A model generated the notes under the pieces. It was given only the letters and a program-made list of their open reading frames with translations. It was not told the DNA's origin and ran no database searches. 64,000 nt of DNA from Vitrella brassicaformis CCMP3155 (lineage: Eukaryota; Protista; Chromerida): contig CDMY01000451.1 of the NCBI GenBank assembly GCA_001179505.1, forward strand, positions 1 through 64,000, written 5' to 3'. This document shows, in pieces, positions 12,500 through 24,008 of this stretch. The position numbers and the translations under genes were made by a program. The first letter of the stretch is position 1; the number at the start of each line of letters is the position of its first letter.

Positions 12500-15400
12500 T
12501 TTTAAGACAGACATCGGCTTGGCGCTGACGGATGAGACGGATGAAGTGGGAGCCTCGGCGTGGGCCTCAAGTGGTGGATCAAACAAAAGTACGGGATAAA
12601 AGCGAAGTCTTGATTTGTCCTTTACATGTGCTCTAGCTGACCTGTGTCTGCTGGTCGTACGATATGATGGCAGGCTCACCACCAGACAGACCGTACGACG
12701 AATAATCCTGATGATGGACTCATACAGACGGATAAAATGAGGCTGGAAATGGACCTGCTGCTTCTCTCGGACCTGACCTCTTGTATTTCACTGAGGGCAT
12801 CATCAGCTGTGACGCTGACGACAGTCTCACCACACGAACGCGACACAAGCTGCACAGGCAGAAACAAAGGCTGCCCGCCTACATGCATTCTCTTCTACCG
12901 ACCGAATAGGGTGGAGCCTCTCGATGACTGCGCTTGTCGCTCCTCTGGATCTTCGCCGGCGGTCTCACGCCAGTCAGCCTGCTCTCAGACGCTGTCATCT
13001 GCTCGGATAGAAACATTAAACCCATGCCTGTTGCCAATAGAGTGAGTGTCGGCATGGCTCACGCTCATGGTATTGCGTCCCTCAGAGGGCGGCCACTGGT
13101 GCTCCGACTGCTGGTCGGCAGCAGCAGCTGACTCGCTTTCCGCTCCACGTCTCGGTGCCTGCAATGAATCAGCTCACTTCCAGGTCTCTGCCTGCTTGGG
13201 CGTGTGGGTGCTGTCTGTACCGTGTCGCTGCTTTGTTCAAGTGGGCCGATGAAGCCATCCGCTATGCGTAAATATGCAGATTGAGTCTCCTCGTCGGACG
13301 CTTGACTTGGTGCTTGTAACATCTCCTGATGAGGGAGTGGTCTTGGCGGTTTATGGGCGTTGGCAGGCTGCATTCGAGGATGAATGGGGAAAGGTAGAGG
13401 CTGCGGGACGGACTCGGCCACAGCCGAACTCTCATTTTGCTTCTATCACACACTCACACAACAAGCGATATGCGTGCATGGGCCACGGCCGATGAATCCA
13501 TATGTCATTCGCACCGCTGCCGACTCGTCCATCGCAAGGCCCTGAAGTGCAACACAGACGCGCTCAGGGATTGTAAAAGGAAGTCACACATTTGCTGGCG
13601 TCCTACCTGCGGATCGCCGTGCCTGTCGCCGCTGGTTGGTGGTGCGGGAGCAGACGCGGCGGTCTGCGAGAAGCGATGCACGTCGCTGAAAGCACAAGGG
13701 GCTCTGTGTTGCGTACCTGTCTGCTGAGGTCACTTTGGGATAGCTGGTCCGCTGCTGATGGTGTTGGTGGTGGTGCATCTGTCGTCGGCCGGACCTGTTC
13801 TGTGCGTGTCGGCATCGCCTCGGTCAAGCAATTGTCCACATGACCTGATGACGCACATATGACAACGGACAGCCCCTTTCCCCTCGCCGTCTACACTGTC
13901 TGGTTGCATACTTTGAAAGCAGAGTAGGCGCAGTTGATCTCTGATGCGCGTAGCACGGAAACGGACCTGAATGAGTACACAGGGATCCCCAGACACGCTC
14001 ATCGAAACTTCGATTCAGGTCTACTTACGAAATCGCTTTCTGACGCATCGATACTCAAGAGATTGAGTTGCCTCAGCAGCGACTCAATGTCCTGATGATT
14101 GGCCAGACACTAACCAACTCATGTACAGACACGTGCACCTTTGTGTCGCACCTGAGCGTGCATGAGTTGGTAAGCGATGGCCTCCTCACCGACCGACTGT
14201 TGGCTGGCTTCATGCAGGTACTCTTTGAGCTCGTCCAGCGCCTGCATCACACATACATCCTATGTGCGTGGCAACGGGGGTTCCTTTCCTACCTCTGGCA
14301 GGTGGGCGGCATCACTGGGATTTTGCGTCCCATCCCCTCCTCCACCAAACGCCAAGTCCTCCTCCACTTCCGGACGGTTGGACCGGGTAAGTGGGACGGG
14401 CTCGTCGCCCTTGCAGACGTGTGACTCGCCATCTTTGGCAGCCCTCTCCTCGCTTTTAAAAATAGAAGAAGCAACGAGGGCACCACTACCAGCTGCTGGT
14501 GCTGCCGGCTCGCACATGAGGGGATACGGCAGAGGGTGTGGATGACTCGGGTGTATTGGAGCCGGATGCAGCCGAAGCTGTGCATGTGCAGCCGCGGCGG
14601 ATGGCGTCAGTGACGGGAAAGTGCTCTGCAGAGAAACATATGACGGGCGAAGGGCAATTTATCGAGCTCTCTCTGTGCCTGCCACCTGTGCATGTGAGTG
14701 TGCATCCCCCTTGTGTGGTGCAGGTTGATCAGTAACACTCTGCAACAAAAGGAAAACAACCGACATGAAGGAATGACCGTGGGTGTGGCGGAATGACCAG
14801 GTGCTGTGTCGGTGTGAGTGTATACCTGGCGTAGCCGTTGACTGATGCGCGCAGCAAAGAGGCGGTCCTGCGTGAAGTAAAGAGAAGCAAGCGTACAGAC
14901 GCTGATGACCCCTCCCACGCACTTACCGTGTTGCTCTGTGACTCATCAGCACACAAACCCTCAAGTCGCCAGACCAGCAGGCCAATGTCCTGATGATCAC
15001 CAAGACATGCCCTCTCCTCATGCGTGTGCTGAGCCCACCTGAGGCGACTGCATCTGCAGCTGGTCGATGAGAGCATTCTCACGGGCTGGGTCATCGACGG
15101 CTGCACGCATCGCCTGCAGAAGCTCGTCAAAGGTCTGCATTACAGGGAGGTTAATGACATTCTGGAAGTCATGTGAGAGGCAGAGGTACCTCTGGCGGTC
15201 GCAAACCATCACTCCCCTCCGTCGGCTACACAACACACATCCATACAGAGACAGAGTCACACCGGTCCGTTTCCCTTCCCTTACCGCCACTCCGTCGATG
15301 TCGTCAGGGGCAGGCAGGGCGCCGGCGACAGCAGCGCATGGCAAAGGAGGATGCTGACCAAGCAAAACACATTTATCGATGAAAAAGAATATGTCCAGAC

Positions 15401-16053
15401 CTCGGTGCCTTTCCTGCTGTGCTCCCACCTGTTGACATCGTTCCCTGAACCCCGAGATCCAGTCGTCGCTCGCCCCGAATTTACTGATCTTCAACCGAGC
15501 GGCGATTTCCAGCGCCTTGGCCTTGATGTCCTTCGCGCGCACACTCGCAGGATCACCCTGGGTTGCTACCCACTGACGCATCTCGTCCTCGATCTGCGGA
15601 TGCTTCGGGCCTTTGGTGCGCTTCTTGCTCAGGTCGGCATCATGCTCGCCCGACTCCCTCTGCTTTTTCACCTTAGAGCACCATTTCTTCAGTTGGTCGA
15701 GGGTCACGCCCTTCTCTTGTGCGAACTGAGGCATCGAGATCTTCTCCCCGCTCTGCTTGCGTCGATTGAATTCCTCCACCACCTGCAGCCGCTCTCCAAG
15801 GTACACCTCCCCCGCCCTCCCAGTCGTCACCTGGACAAACACAAGAGTGCGATGATTCGACGAAGTGTGCGTACGTCTGTCGGTTCATACCATATGTGAG
15901 GACGGCGCTGTCGTTGCTGTTGTAGGCAGCAATGGCGGGAGAGACTGAAGGCGATTGCGTGACGACCCCGGCGTGATGACCATCCCATGACCGATGTGTG
16001 GCATGGCACGAGGAAGTGGGGAGGGCTGCCAAGGGTGTGGTGCGGGAGGATAC
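12500..16053 (-). CDS. HTH-containing N-terminal region: low-complexity exons plus two copies of a 3-exon helical module
   Basis: Phase-compatible GT-AG exons. Module 1: TFDELLQAM…|DIGLLVWRL…|DRLFAARISQRL (15160-14826). Module 2: ALDELKEYL…|DIESLLRQL…|VRFRATRIRDQL (14240-13915). Confidence 0.55.
15429..15830 (-). CDS. CENP-B/Tc5(pogo)-type transposase-derived HTH DNA-binding domain exon
   Basis: ERLQVVEEF…FAQEKGVTLDQLKKW…KRTKGPKHPQIEDEMRQWV…VRAKDIKAKALEIAARLKISKFGASDDWISGFRER matches the HTH_psq-like + HTH_Tnp_Tc5 pattern (…F.AS.GW…F..R). No DDE domain follows. Confidence 0.85.
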
Positions 16054-16080
16054 TGACAGACACATATACACATAGCGGAA

Positions 16081-16380
16081 NNNNNNNNNNNNNNNNNNNN
16101 NNNNNNNNNNNNNNNNNNNNNNNNNNNNNNNNNNNNNNNNNNNNNNNNNNNNNNNNNNNNNNNNNNNNNNNNNNNNNNNNNNNNNNNNNNNNNNNNNNNN
16201 NNNNNNNNNNNNNNNNNNNNNNNNNNNNNNNNNNNNNNNNNNNNNNNNNNNNNNNNNNNNNNNNNNNNNNNNNNNNNNNNNNNNNNNNNNNNNNNNNNNN
16301 NNNNNNNNNNNNNNNNNNNNNNNNNNNNNNNNNNNNNNNNNNNNNNNNNNNNNNNNNNNNNNNNNNNNNNNNNNNNNNNN
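16081..16380. other. Scaffold gap (300 N); others at 46895-47194, 47896-48195, 62595-62894
   Basis: All four runs are exactly 300 N, so this is a placeholder length. Confidence 0.98.
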
Positions 16381-17670
16381 GCGCCGAGCGCCTCATCGGC
16401 AAGCCAGGCTACCGGGTGGCCCTCCTGCCGGCGGCCATCGACGAGAAGGGGCGGCAGCGGCAGTTCCGCCACCTCTATCGCCTGCAGGTCTTTCGCAAGC
16501 CGGCGATGGACATGGCCGAGCAGGCGACTGACTACGACATCCAGTGCTGCGTGCGCGTGTACCATGGACAGCAGCCGGTGTGTGCGGTGCCGTACGTGCC
16601 CGTCGAGAAGAGCAGACAGGCCGACAAGCTGTGTGCCACATGTCTGGTGCCGTGTGCTGGCGGTGGCGGCATCTGCGGCAAACAGAACACCTTCCGCAAT
16701 ATGGTCAACTCTCACCTGCGCAAAACACACAAACTGACAGAGGCCGACCTGCTGCAGGTCAGTGGACAGACAGACTCACATGGACGGAAACGCTCTCATT
16801 TCGCTGTGTGTGTGTGTAGGGTTTTGCTACCGTTCGCGGCCCATCGGTGCCGGAGACGCCCACCAACACACGTACACAACGAAGCCGCTCTCTCTATCGC
16901 TTATCATTCCACGGTGTCTCTCTGCTGTTGGTGTGCAGCTTGCCAGACCTTTTCGTTTGCCGGCATGGTGATCGACAAGACGCAGGCCGACACCTATGGC
17001 AGCCACATGTCGGCTGGGTCATCGACCACCGACACACAGACAATGCCGTGAGCACACACAACACCAGAAGCACCACAGATGCAGTCATCCCATTCCTCTG
17101 TGTGTGGTGCTACTGTCTTTGAGTGCAGGCCATCCCTCGTCGACGTGCTGCCGATCGGCGGCAAAGAGATGCCGCAGCCGCATTTGTCCGACATGATGCC
17201 TCTCGGCAGCTATGGGGCTGCAGCTGGAGTGACCGGCAATGTCAACCAGATGGAATTGTAAGCAGCACTGAATCAGCAGCGATGAGGACAGATGGGCAGA
17301 TGTGTATGGTGGCATGTGCATGCAGGCCATTTTTGGACTACTACCAGCCGAACAGCAGCGACTCCTGGATGGCATCCAACAGCGACAATGAGGAGGACGG
17401 TAAACGGCACTGACGACACGAGGACAGAAAGGCGGCTCAAGTGAAGCGTCAGGTTCGATGATGTGCTCGTTAGGTTTTGGTGGCAGCGGGCTTGCTGCTC
17501 CGCCCCCGACGCTTAATGGCGGCTGCAAGCCCCTCGGTCGCGCAGATGAAGAGATCGACATTGTGATGCAGCAGGTAAGCAAGACACACGAAACGACCTG
17601 TGAGGGAGTTCAGCCGTCTGTGTGTGTTCTCGTTCAGTCGCTCGATGAGTGGCTGAATGTGCTCGGCTAG
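16381..17670 (+). CDS. BED-type zinc-finger protein, copy B (5' end in gap)
   Basis: CATCLVPC…SHLRKTH. The splice phases I traced are consistent, and the gene ends SLDEWLNVLG*. Confidence 0.6.
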
Positions 17671-18240
17671 TCGTACCCAGTGAGTCGACACGTTGGAGAC
17701 GGTTTTTTCTGTACGGGGATGGTGTATCGCGGTGTGCTCGAGTGCCTTGACCGAGTGCCGTGACGTTTTTACACCGATGACGCCTGTGTGTGAGCGTGTG
17801 TGGACGAGGGAACACTCATGGGGCGCATGTAAGAGTTTTCGGGGGAGTTTATATCAGTCTATCTGGGAGGGGGGGACGGATGAGAGAGTGATCGGAACAG
17901 TCCATGTCTGCAGTTGGCTCCGTATGCGAGACAACCACTGCATGAGGGCATGTGTGTGTGTGTGTGTGTGTGTGTCCACACTGGGGGACGCTACATATCG
18001 TAGGCAGAACTCGCATCTGACAAGAGATCGAATGTACGCGTGTGGCCATGTCGACTCCACCCATCAAGCAGTCACACATGCTGGCTTCATTTGCAGACTG
18101 ACAGATACACATGCAATGCGTGTGTGAAATCGTGCACACACAAGCAGTATGCAGGAACGTTGACACACAGCTGCTACAGACACACATGCACCTTGCTCAT
18201 GGATCCGTCCCCTCATTCATTCATTCATTGGATCGGTCTA

Positions 18241-19600
18241 TCACAGCTCGTCGGGCACATCCGACAGCACGTCAAGGAAATCCTGACACAGATCAAGCAT
18301 TCCGTACGCCACACAAACAGGTGTGTGTGTGTGTGTGTGTGTTTCTAGGCTGACCCACCTGCATGGTTTGTGTGATCTTCTGTTGGCTGGCGAGGAACAC
18401 CTCCTTGTCGCCAGCTGTCGCAGGCTTGTCCATCGACTCTATCGCTGCACCACCACACAACCAGATACATCGGCGAACATCTCTGTCTCTCTGTGTATGT
18501 GTGTGTATCGTGATGCACTCGCGCACTTTTCTCGAAGTTCTTGATGAGCTGTTTGCTCTGCTTGTCCTTCTCGGGGTCCAGACCCTGGACACACACCGGA
18601 CGCACGTGCAGGCAAGCAGGCGTGACCCATACCCCCGTCTGTGTCAGTGTGCCCCTGCTTGCCTTGGATATGAAGCGCATGTCGTCGCTCTCTTTGTACA
18701 TGGCCCGCAGAAAATTCCTAAGGCACATACCAATCGTCAACTCACTCATCCCATGAATGAGTGCATGTGTGTTCACCCACCTGAGCCCCTTCCACTCGTC
18801 CGCTGTGATGTCGTCAGTCCTCGCACGCAGAGCAGAGCCCATCTCCTCCCACCTGATTTGATTGACCCACACGGAAGGACAAGAGTGGGTGTCAGCATAC
18901 CATGGTACATACAGGCGTGTCTGTCTGCCTGCCTGCCTGCCTGCCTGTACCTACCTGAGTTTGGCTTTGATAAATCTGTCCCTTTGCAGTGCGCCAGCCG
19001 GAAGCGTGTCCCCGCTGTACACATCCGCATACGCACTCACAGGCTGCACCTATCCGTACCACACACCACACACAAAGCCAGACAAAAAGATGGCCAGTCA
19101 TGTGTGCGATTGCGCGTGTAACTCGTGTGTGTGTGTTCTTACCTGCCGCAGAAATGCCGCAGTGATCCCGTCGACAGGTGCGTTGGTGGTGGGAAAAGAA
19201 AGAGGGATGGGGGCGACAAACAACAGGACCGGCAGAACAAGGGAAAACAGGGGGGAGAGCGACGGCCTCGCTCGGTGACTGCACAAAGACAGAGGGCGAC
19301 AGCCAACACACAGAGAGAGGGCAGCTATCCATCCATCCCTTTATTCATTTATCTTACGAGCGATCTGGTGGCTCAGCACCGAGCACAGTCCTCACAGAGT
19401 GTCTTGTGTGAGTGCTTGGGAAGGGCAGGGAAGGAACGAACGCTGGTACTGCTGCTGATGAATGCCGCCTGCATCAGGGGAAAGGAAAGCAGGACAAGAT
19501 TCGCATTCATGTGAGCTGCCTGCTGGCGGCTATGGGCAGCTACCTGAGCGTCGTTGGTGCTGCGCCTGTGCATTCTGCAAGGACCATTGCACCTGCATCC
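18241..19600 (-). CDS. Plastid (thylakoid-lumen) targeted PsbQ/OEE3-like helical protein
   Basis: AFVPS transit-like motif, VSA-YAD lumenal cleavage-like site, …RWEEMGSALR…GLR|NFLRAMYKESDDMRFISK|GLDPEKDKQSKQLIKNFEKS|IESMDKPATAGDKEVF…|DFLDVLSDVPDEL*. The family call comes from pattern recall; the 5' exons are uncertain. Confidence 0.45.
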
Positions 19601-19746
19601 AAGCAGCGATAAGGGATACACACAAACAGACGTGATCTGGGCAGCTGAGCATAGATCTGCTCCTCCCTACCTCCCAGGGCAAACGTGGACAGCGATTTCA
19701 CCATCCGAAAGCGCATCGTTCCTCCTCACACGATCGGCACGCTCTC

Positions 19747-19756
19747 TAAGCTCGCA
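19747..19756 (+). promoter_or_regulatory. TAAGCTCGCA motif, between PsbQ-like gene and CSL4
   Basis: Exact 9-mer AAGCTCGCA recurs in six head-to-head intervals. Confidence 0.55.
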
Positions 19757-19789
19757 TTGACGAAACCGCTGCTCCGAAAGGCCAATAGG

Positions 19790-20260
19790 ATGGAAGTGGA
19801 CGAGCAGAGGGTGCCGGAGGATGAGCAGGACAAAGACTTCCCGCAGCTCCTGCCGCTCGTCACACCAGGTTACGATCTTCCTCTCTGTGTGTGTTGGATG
19901 AATAGATCTACGTTTGTGCATGTGTGTACCGTATGTGCAGGCGAGCGCATCGGCCACGTGAGTGCGTACAGGGCCGGTGCGGGTGTGTATGAGAGGCGGG
20001 GCCACCTGTACGCCAGCAAGGTCGGGGAGAAACTCATCGAACAAGACGACAGCAACCAGGTGCAGGCAGACAGACCCATCGATAGGCGCTTAAACCAGTC
20101 TCTCGTGTGATGCGTTTCTGTGTGTGGGGGATGGTTGGTGCATGCAGCTGCCTGTTGTGTCAGTGGAGACTGCAGGACTGTCGGGCAGCCCTTCGGTGCC
20201 ATTCACTGGGGCGACGGTACTCGCACAGGTGAGCAAATACACCTGCACACACGACACACA

Positions 20261-20297
<37 letters not shown>

Positions 20298-21005
20298 GTG
20301 TCTGCGTTCTTTCTCGTGTGTGTGTGTGTGTGTGTGTGTGTGCCACTCTGTGTGTTTAGGTGACTCGGATATCCCCTCGTCGTGTGGACTGCATCATCCT
20401 GTCTGTGGAGGGCCGGCCCATCAGGGACACTTCCAACCCTTACAAAGGCATCATTAGGTCAGGCAGACAGACAGGCGGACAGGCAGGCAGGCAGGCAGGC
20501 AGACAATGAGGGTACTCGGCCTCACACGTGTGTGTGGATGTGCGTGTGTAGGTTGCAGGACGTCCGGCCATTCGAGATCGACCAGATTGATATGCTCGAG
20601 TGCTTCAGGCCCACAGACATCGTCAAAGCGAAAGTGGTACAAACACATTCACCCAGAAGACTTTCATGGCGTCCCCACGCACAGTACACCATTGCAGGTG
20701 TCATTGGGTGACAGCCGGTCCTTCCATCTGTCGACTGCCGAGCAGGACCTCGGTGTCGTCTTCGCGAAGAGCACATCAGGTGATGACTGAGCCCAACCAT
20801 CAGGTCTGTGTGGGTATGTCCGTGTGTGTGTCTGTGTGGGTTGTAGGTCATCCACTGGTGGCTCTGAAATGGAATGAGATGGAGTGCTCAAAGACAAAAG
20901 AGAGGGAGCCACGGTCAGTCACTCAGTCAGCCAGAAAGACGCGTAGGTATGGATGTGTGTGTGTCTGTCCGTGTGTGCAGGAAAGTGGCCAAGCCATCCG
21001 ACTGA
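19790..21005 (+). CDS. CSL4: Exosome complex component CSL4 (EXOSC1)
   Basis: LVTPG|ERIG…YRAGAGVYERRGHLYASKVG; VTRISPRRVDCIILSV; FRPTDIVKAKV|VSLGDSRSFHLSTAEQDLGVVFAKS; WNEMECSKTKEREPR|KVAKP. Confidence 0.93.
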
Positions 21006-21341
21006 GTGCGCCTTGCCGTGCAGTGTGTGTATAGACATCTCTGTGTGTGTGAGTGCATATGTACATTTGGTGAATGACTGCAAGGATGCATCAACAATAC
21101 GTGTGAGTGGGCGAGATGCGCAATTGACGATTGACGGACGATTTGGATGGCCTTGTCGGACATTGAGCAGCTAATTATCACATCTTGGACAGACAGACAG
21201 GGGGATGGCACAGCTGTCCGTATGTCACGTATATGTACACCAAGAACGACCCTCAGACTCCTGATTGCTTGCTCTGTATCTCTCTCCACTGCTGTACACC
21301 GAACCAAACCACCCCCTGACCAGCCTCTAATGTAGGAGGTG

Positions 21342-21637
21342 TCAATCCTCAGCTTCCCTCAATACCCTCTTGCTGCGCACACACACACACACACACACAC
21401 CAATGGGAGTCGATCACACACGTGCGGCTTGCGCTTCACTTACAGGAGGGAGGGTGTCCTGAAGAGTCTCCATCCCTTGGCTGTGGGCATGAGAGGGTAG
21501 ACGTCCTCAAAGAAGTAGTACAAGTGGCCCACTATGATGCCCATCAGGTGGTCGTGCAGCTGCCAACCCAATGCAAGCGACATACCCAGCAAAACCCTAC
21601 ACACACGCAAGACACACATCAGTGCACACAGGAAGAA

Positions 21638-21687
<50 letters not shown>

Positions 21688-22326
21688 TGGATGGCTGACC
21701 ATGAGACGTATGGCGCCCGTATGGTGAAGAGCAGGAAGTGCATGCGCGTGTTGGGGTTGCGCCGGCCCCATATGTACGTCATCACGTCAATCATCGACGA
21801 CGCGAAGAAATACGTCGACCCAAAGAAATACGAAATCCCCTGCAGGCCACACACCATCCACACACACACACGCATCCTCACTCACACACACTGCCTCTGT
21901 GTGTGTGTATGGCTGCATGGCTGCTGGACCAGGAGGAGGCTGCCAGTGACGATGAGCATCCAGAGGAAGTCGGCCGATTTGCTGCGGAATGCGACGTCCT
22001 CGAGGTTGCTGCAGTAGAAGACCAGCACGTATTGGTTCCAGAAGAAGTGGAGACCGAAGTTGCCGAAGAACAGAAAACACGTCACCAGCCGCCACACCTA
22101 AACCACACACACACAACCACGCACACGACAGCCATATTCCGCTCACAGACAGGATCTCTATCTCTCTTCCACTCACTTGTCCTTCTTTGATGAGGTTCCA
22201 GTTGAGATAGAGGCTGTACGGCGAGAGGATGTCCAGGCTGCAGAGCAGCATCAGCCCCGTCGAGAGTATCACATAGCTCTTCGTCACTGGAGGCAGCGAC
22301 CCGAGCAGCTCGTCCAACTGAACCAT
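21342..22326 (-). CDS. DER1: Derlin (Der1 family, ERAD)
   Basis: LPPVTKSY…SPYSLYLNWNLIKEGQ|VWRLVTCFLFFG…YCSNLEDVAFRSKSADFLWML; YIWGRRNP; GIIVGHLYYFFEDVYP. Confidence 0.95.
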
Positions 22327-22488
22327 TTCTTCTGTTCCTTGCAGCAACAAGAGGGTCACCGTGGCGTTCCAGACAGGCTACAGGGGTGTCGAGCACGGTC
22401 ATCCACTCACTCACCTTCGGGTTCGGGAGTTAGAGCGTATGGCGAGGTTCGGAGAAACAACGACTGAAAGTAGGCCATCCTCGTAGAT

Positions 22489-24008
22489 ATGAAGAAAGAG
22501 TACGTGACCAAGACACTCGACAGCCACAAGTGGGACGACTACGTCCCCAAAGACGGAGATATCGTCGTGGCCACCTACTACAAGGTGAGTGCACGGGGGC
22601 AAACAAGCCAACACGGCACACACGCATTATGGACCACACAGCACAGACGCACGCTAACAGACAAGGCCAGGAAAAGAGCAGAGATGTGAGAGAAGACCGG
22701 AAGGTTCTGACTCACACACACACGAACACACTCCTTCTCTGTATTGTGTTGTGTGTGGCCAGTGCGGCTCCACGTGGATGCAGCAGATCGTCTACTCGCT
22801 GCTCTACCATGGCGAGCCGCCCACAGACCGGCCCGTGACAGAAATGGCTCCGCAGCCGGAGATGAAGCTCCTCCCATTCTCCTGGGACACACTGCCAGAC
22901 ATCAATGGGCGTCGAATGGTCAAGACCGGCCTCCCTGCTGACGTGGTGCCCTTCTACTCCAACGTCAAGTACATCTACGTGGGGCGAGATGGCCGGGACG
23001 CCTTCATGTCACTGGACAAGTAAGTGAGCACGGCAACAGCAGGGAGGCAACACGCATTCATTGGTTGTGTGTGTCCGTCGTCTGTGCAGCCATTGGTCGA
23101 GCCGCAACGAGAAGTACTACAAAAGCCCGCATGCGCTGCCCCGCTACACCGACCCGCCTGTGAGCGGCGACACTGGCCGGTTCTTCGATGAGTGGATCAG
23201 CAAGGGCAACCCCTGTCTGCCCTGGTTGGTGGTTTCACGGCACGTCACACGACGTAGATCGTGTTGCATGTTTCTCTGGGTGTGTGTGGCTGGTGCAGGG
23301 AGACGGACGGCTGGCCATTCTGGTCGCTGTTCAGGAGCATCGAGAGCTGGTGGCACATGCGGGACAAGCGCAACGTTCTGATGGTGCACTTCAAGGTGAG
23401 CGTCTTGTGAATGGATGGAAAGGCATGCATCTCTTTCTCCCACTCTGTGTGTGTGGTGGGTGGGCAGAACCTCAAGCAAGATTTGGAGGGTCAGATGAAG
23501 CGCATAGCGTCTTTCCTGGAGATCGACATCGACGAGACGGCACTCAAGCAGGCGGCTGACAAGTGCACGTTCGCACACATGAAGGTACCCACTTCCACAC
23601 ACACCTATCACGCACACGTCACATACACACACACGAGCAGAATGATATATATATATTTACGTGTGTGGGTGGGTATGTCTCTGTGTGTGTGTGTGCAGGA
23701 GAACGCCTTGTCCGTGTTGGGTGAGCAGTTCAGCCAGTCCTGGGGCGAGGGCGGCCAGGCGGGCGCTCAGGTGAGTCAGTCAGTCAGTCAAGCCAGCCCT
23801 AATGAACACACGAAAGACACACACCCCATGTCATGTGCAGACCTTCATCTTCAAGGGCACCGACGGCCGCTGGAAGAACGTCCTGACCGACCAGCAGATG
23901 GCCAAGTATGCTGCCAAAGTGGCTGCGCTGCCGGCGTCCTGCGCCCACTGGCTGCAGACGGGCGAGATGGTGCCGATGGATGACACCCACGGGGCCTTCA
24001 TCCACTAG
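22489..24008 (+). CDS. Sulfotransferase (Sulfotransfer_1), bacterial-like; catalytic His replaced by Gly
   Basis: 7 exons: DGDIVVATYYK|CGSTW (5'-PSB), VKTGLP, KYIYVGRDGRDAFMS (3'-PB), NVLMVHFK|NLKQDLEG, FIFKGTDGRWK. Confidence 0.92.

Noticed and set aside
15018-17051. Intact autonomous DNA transposon (pogo or hAT)
   Set aside because: Only DNA-binding domains are present. I found no DDE catalytic region, TIRs or TSDs, and the genes are intron-rich.
21342-22326. Symbiont-specific (SELMA) Derlin
   Set aside because: No clear N-terminal bipartite targeting extension before the Der1 domain, so it looks like host ERAD Derlin.
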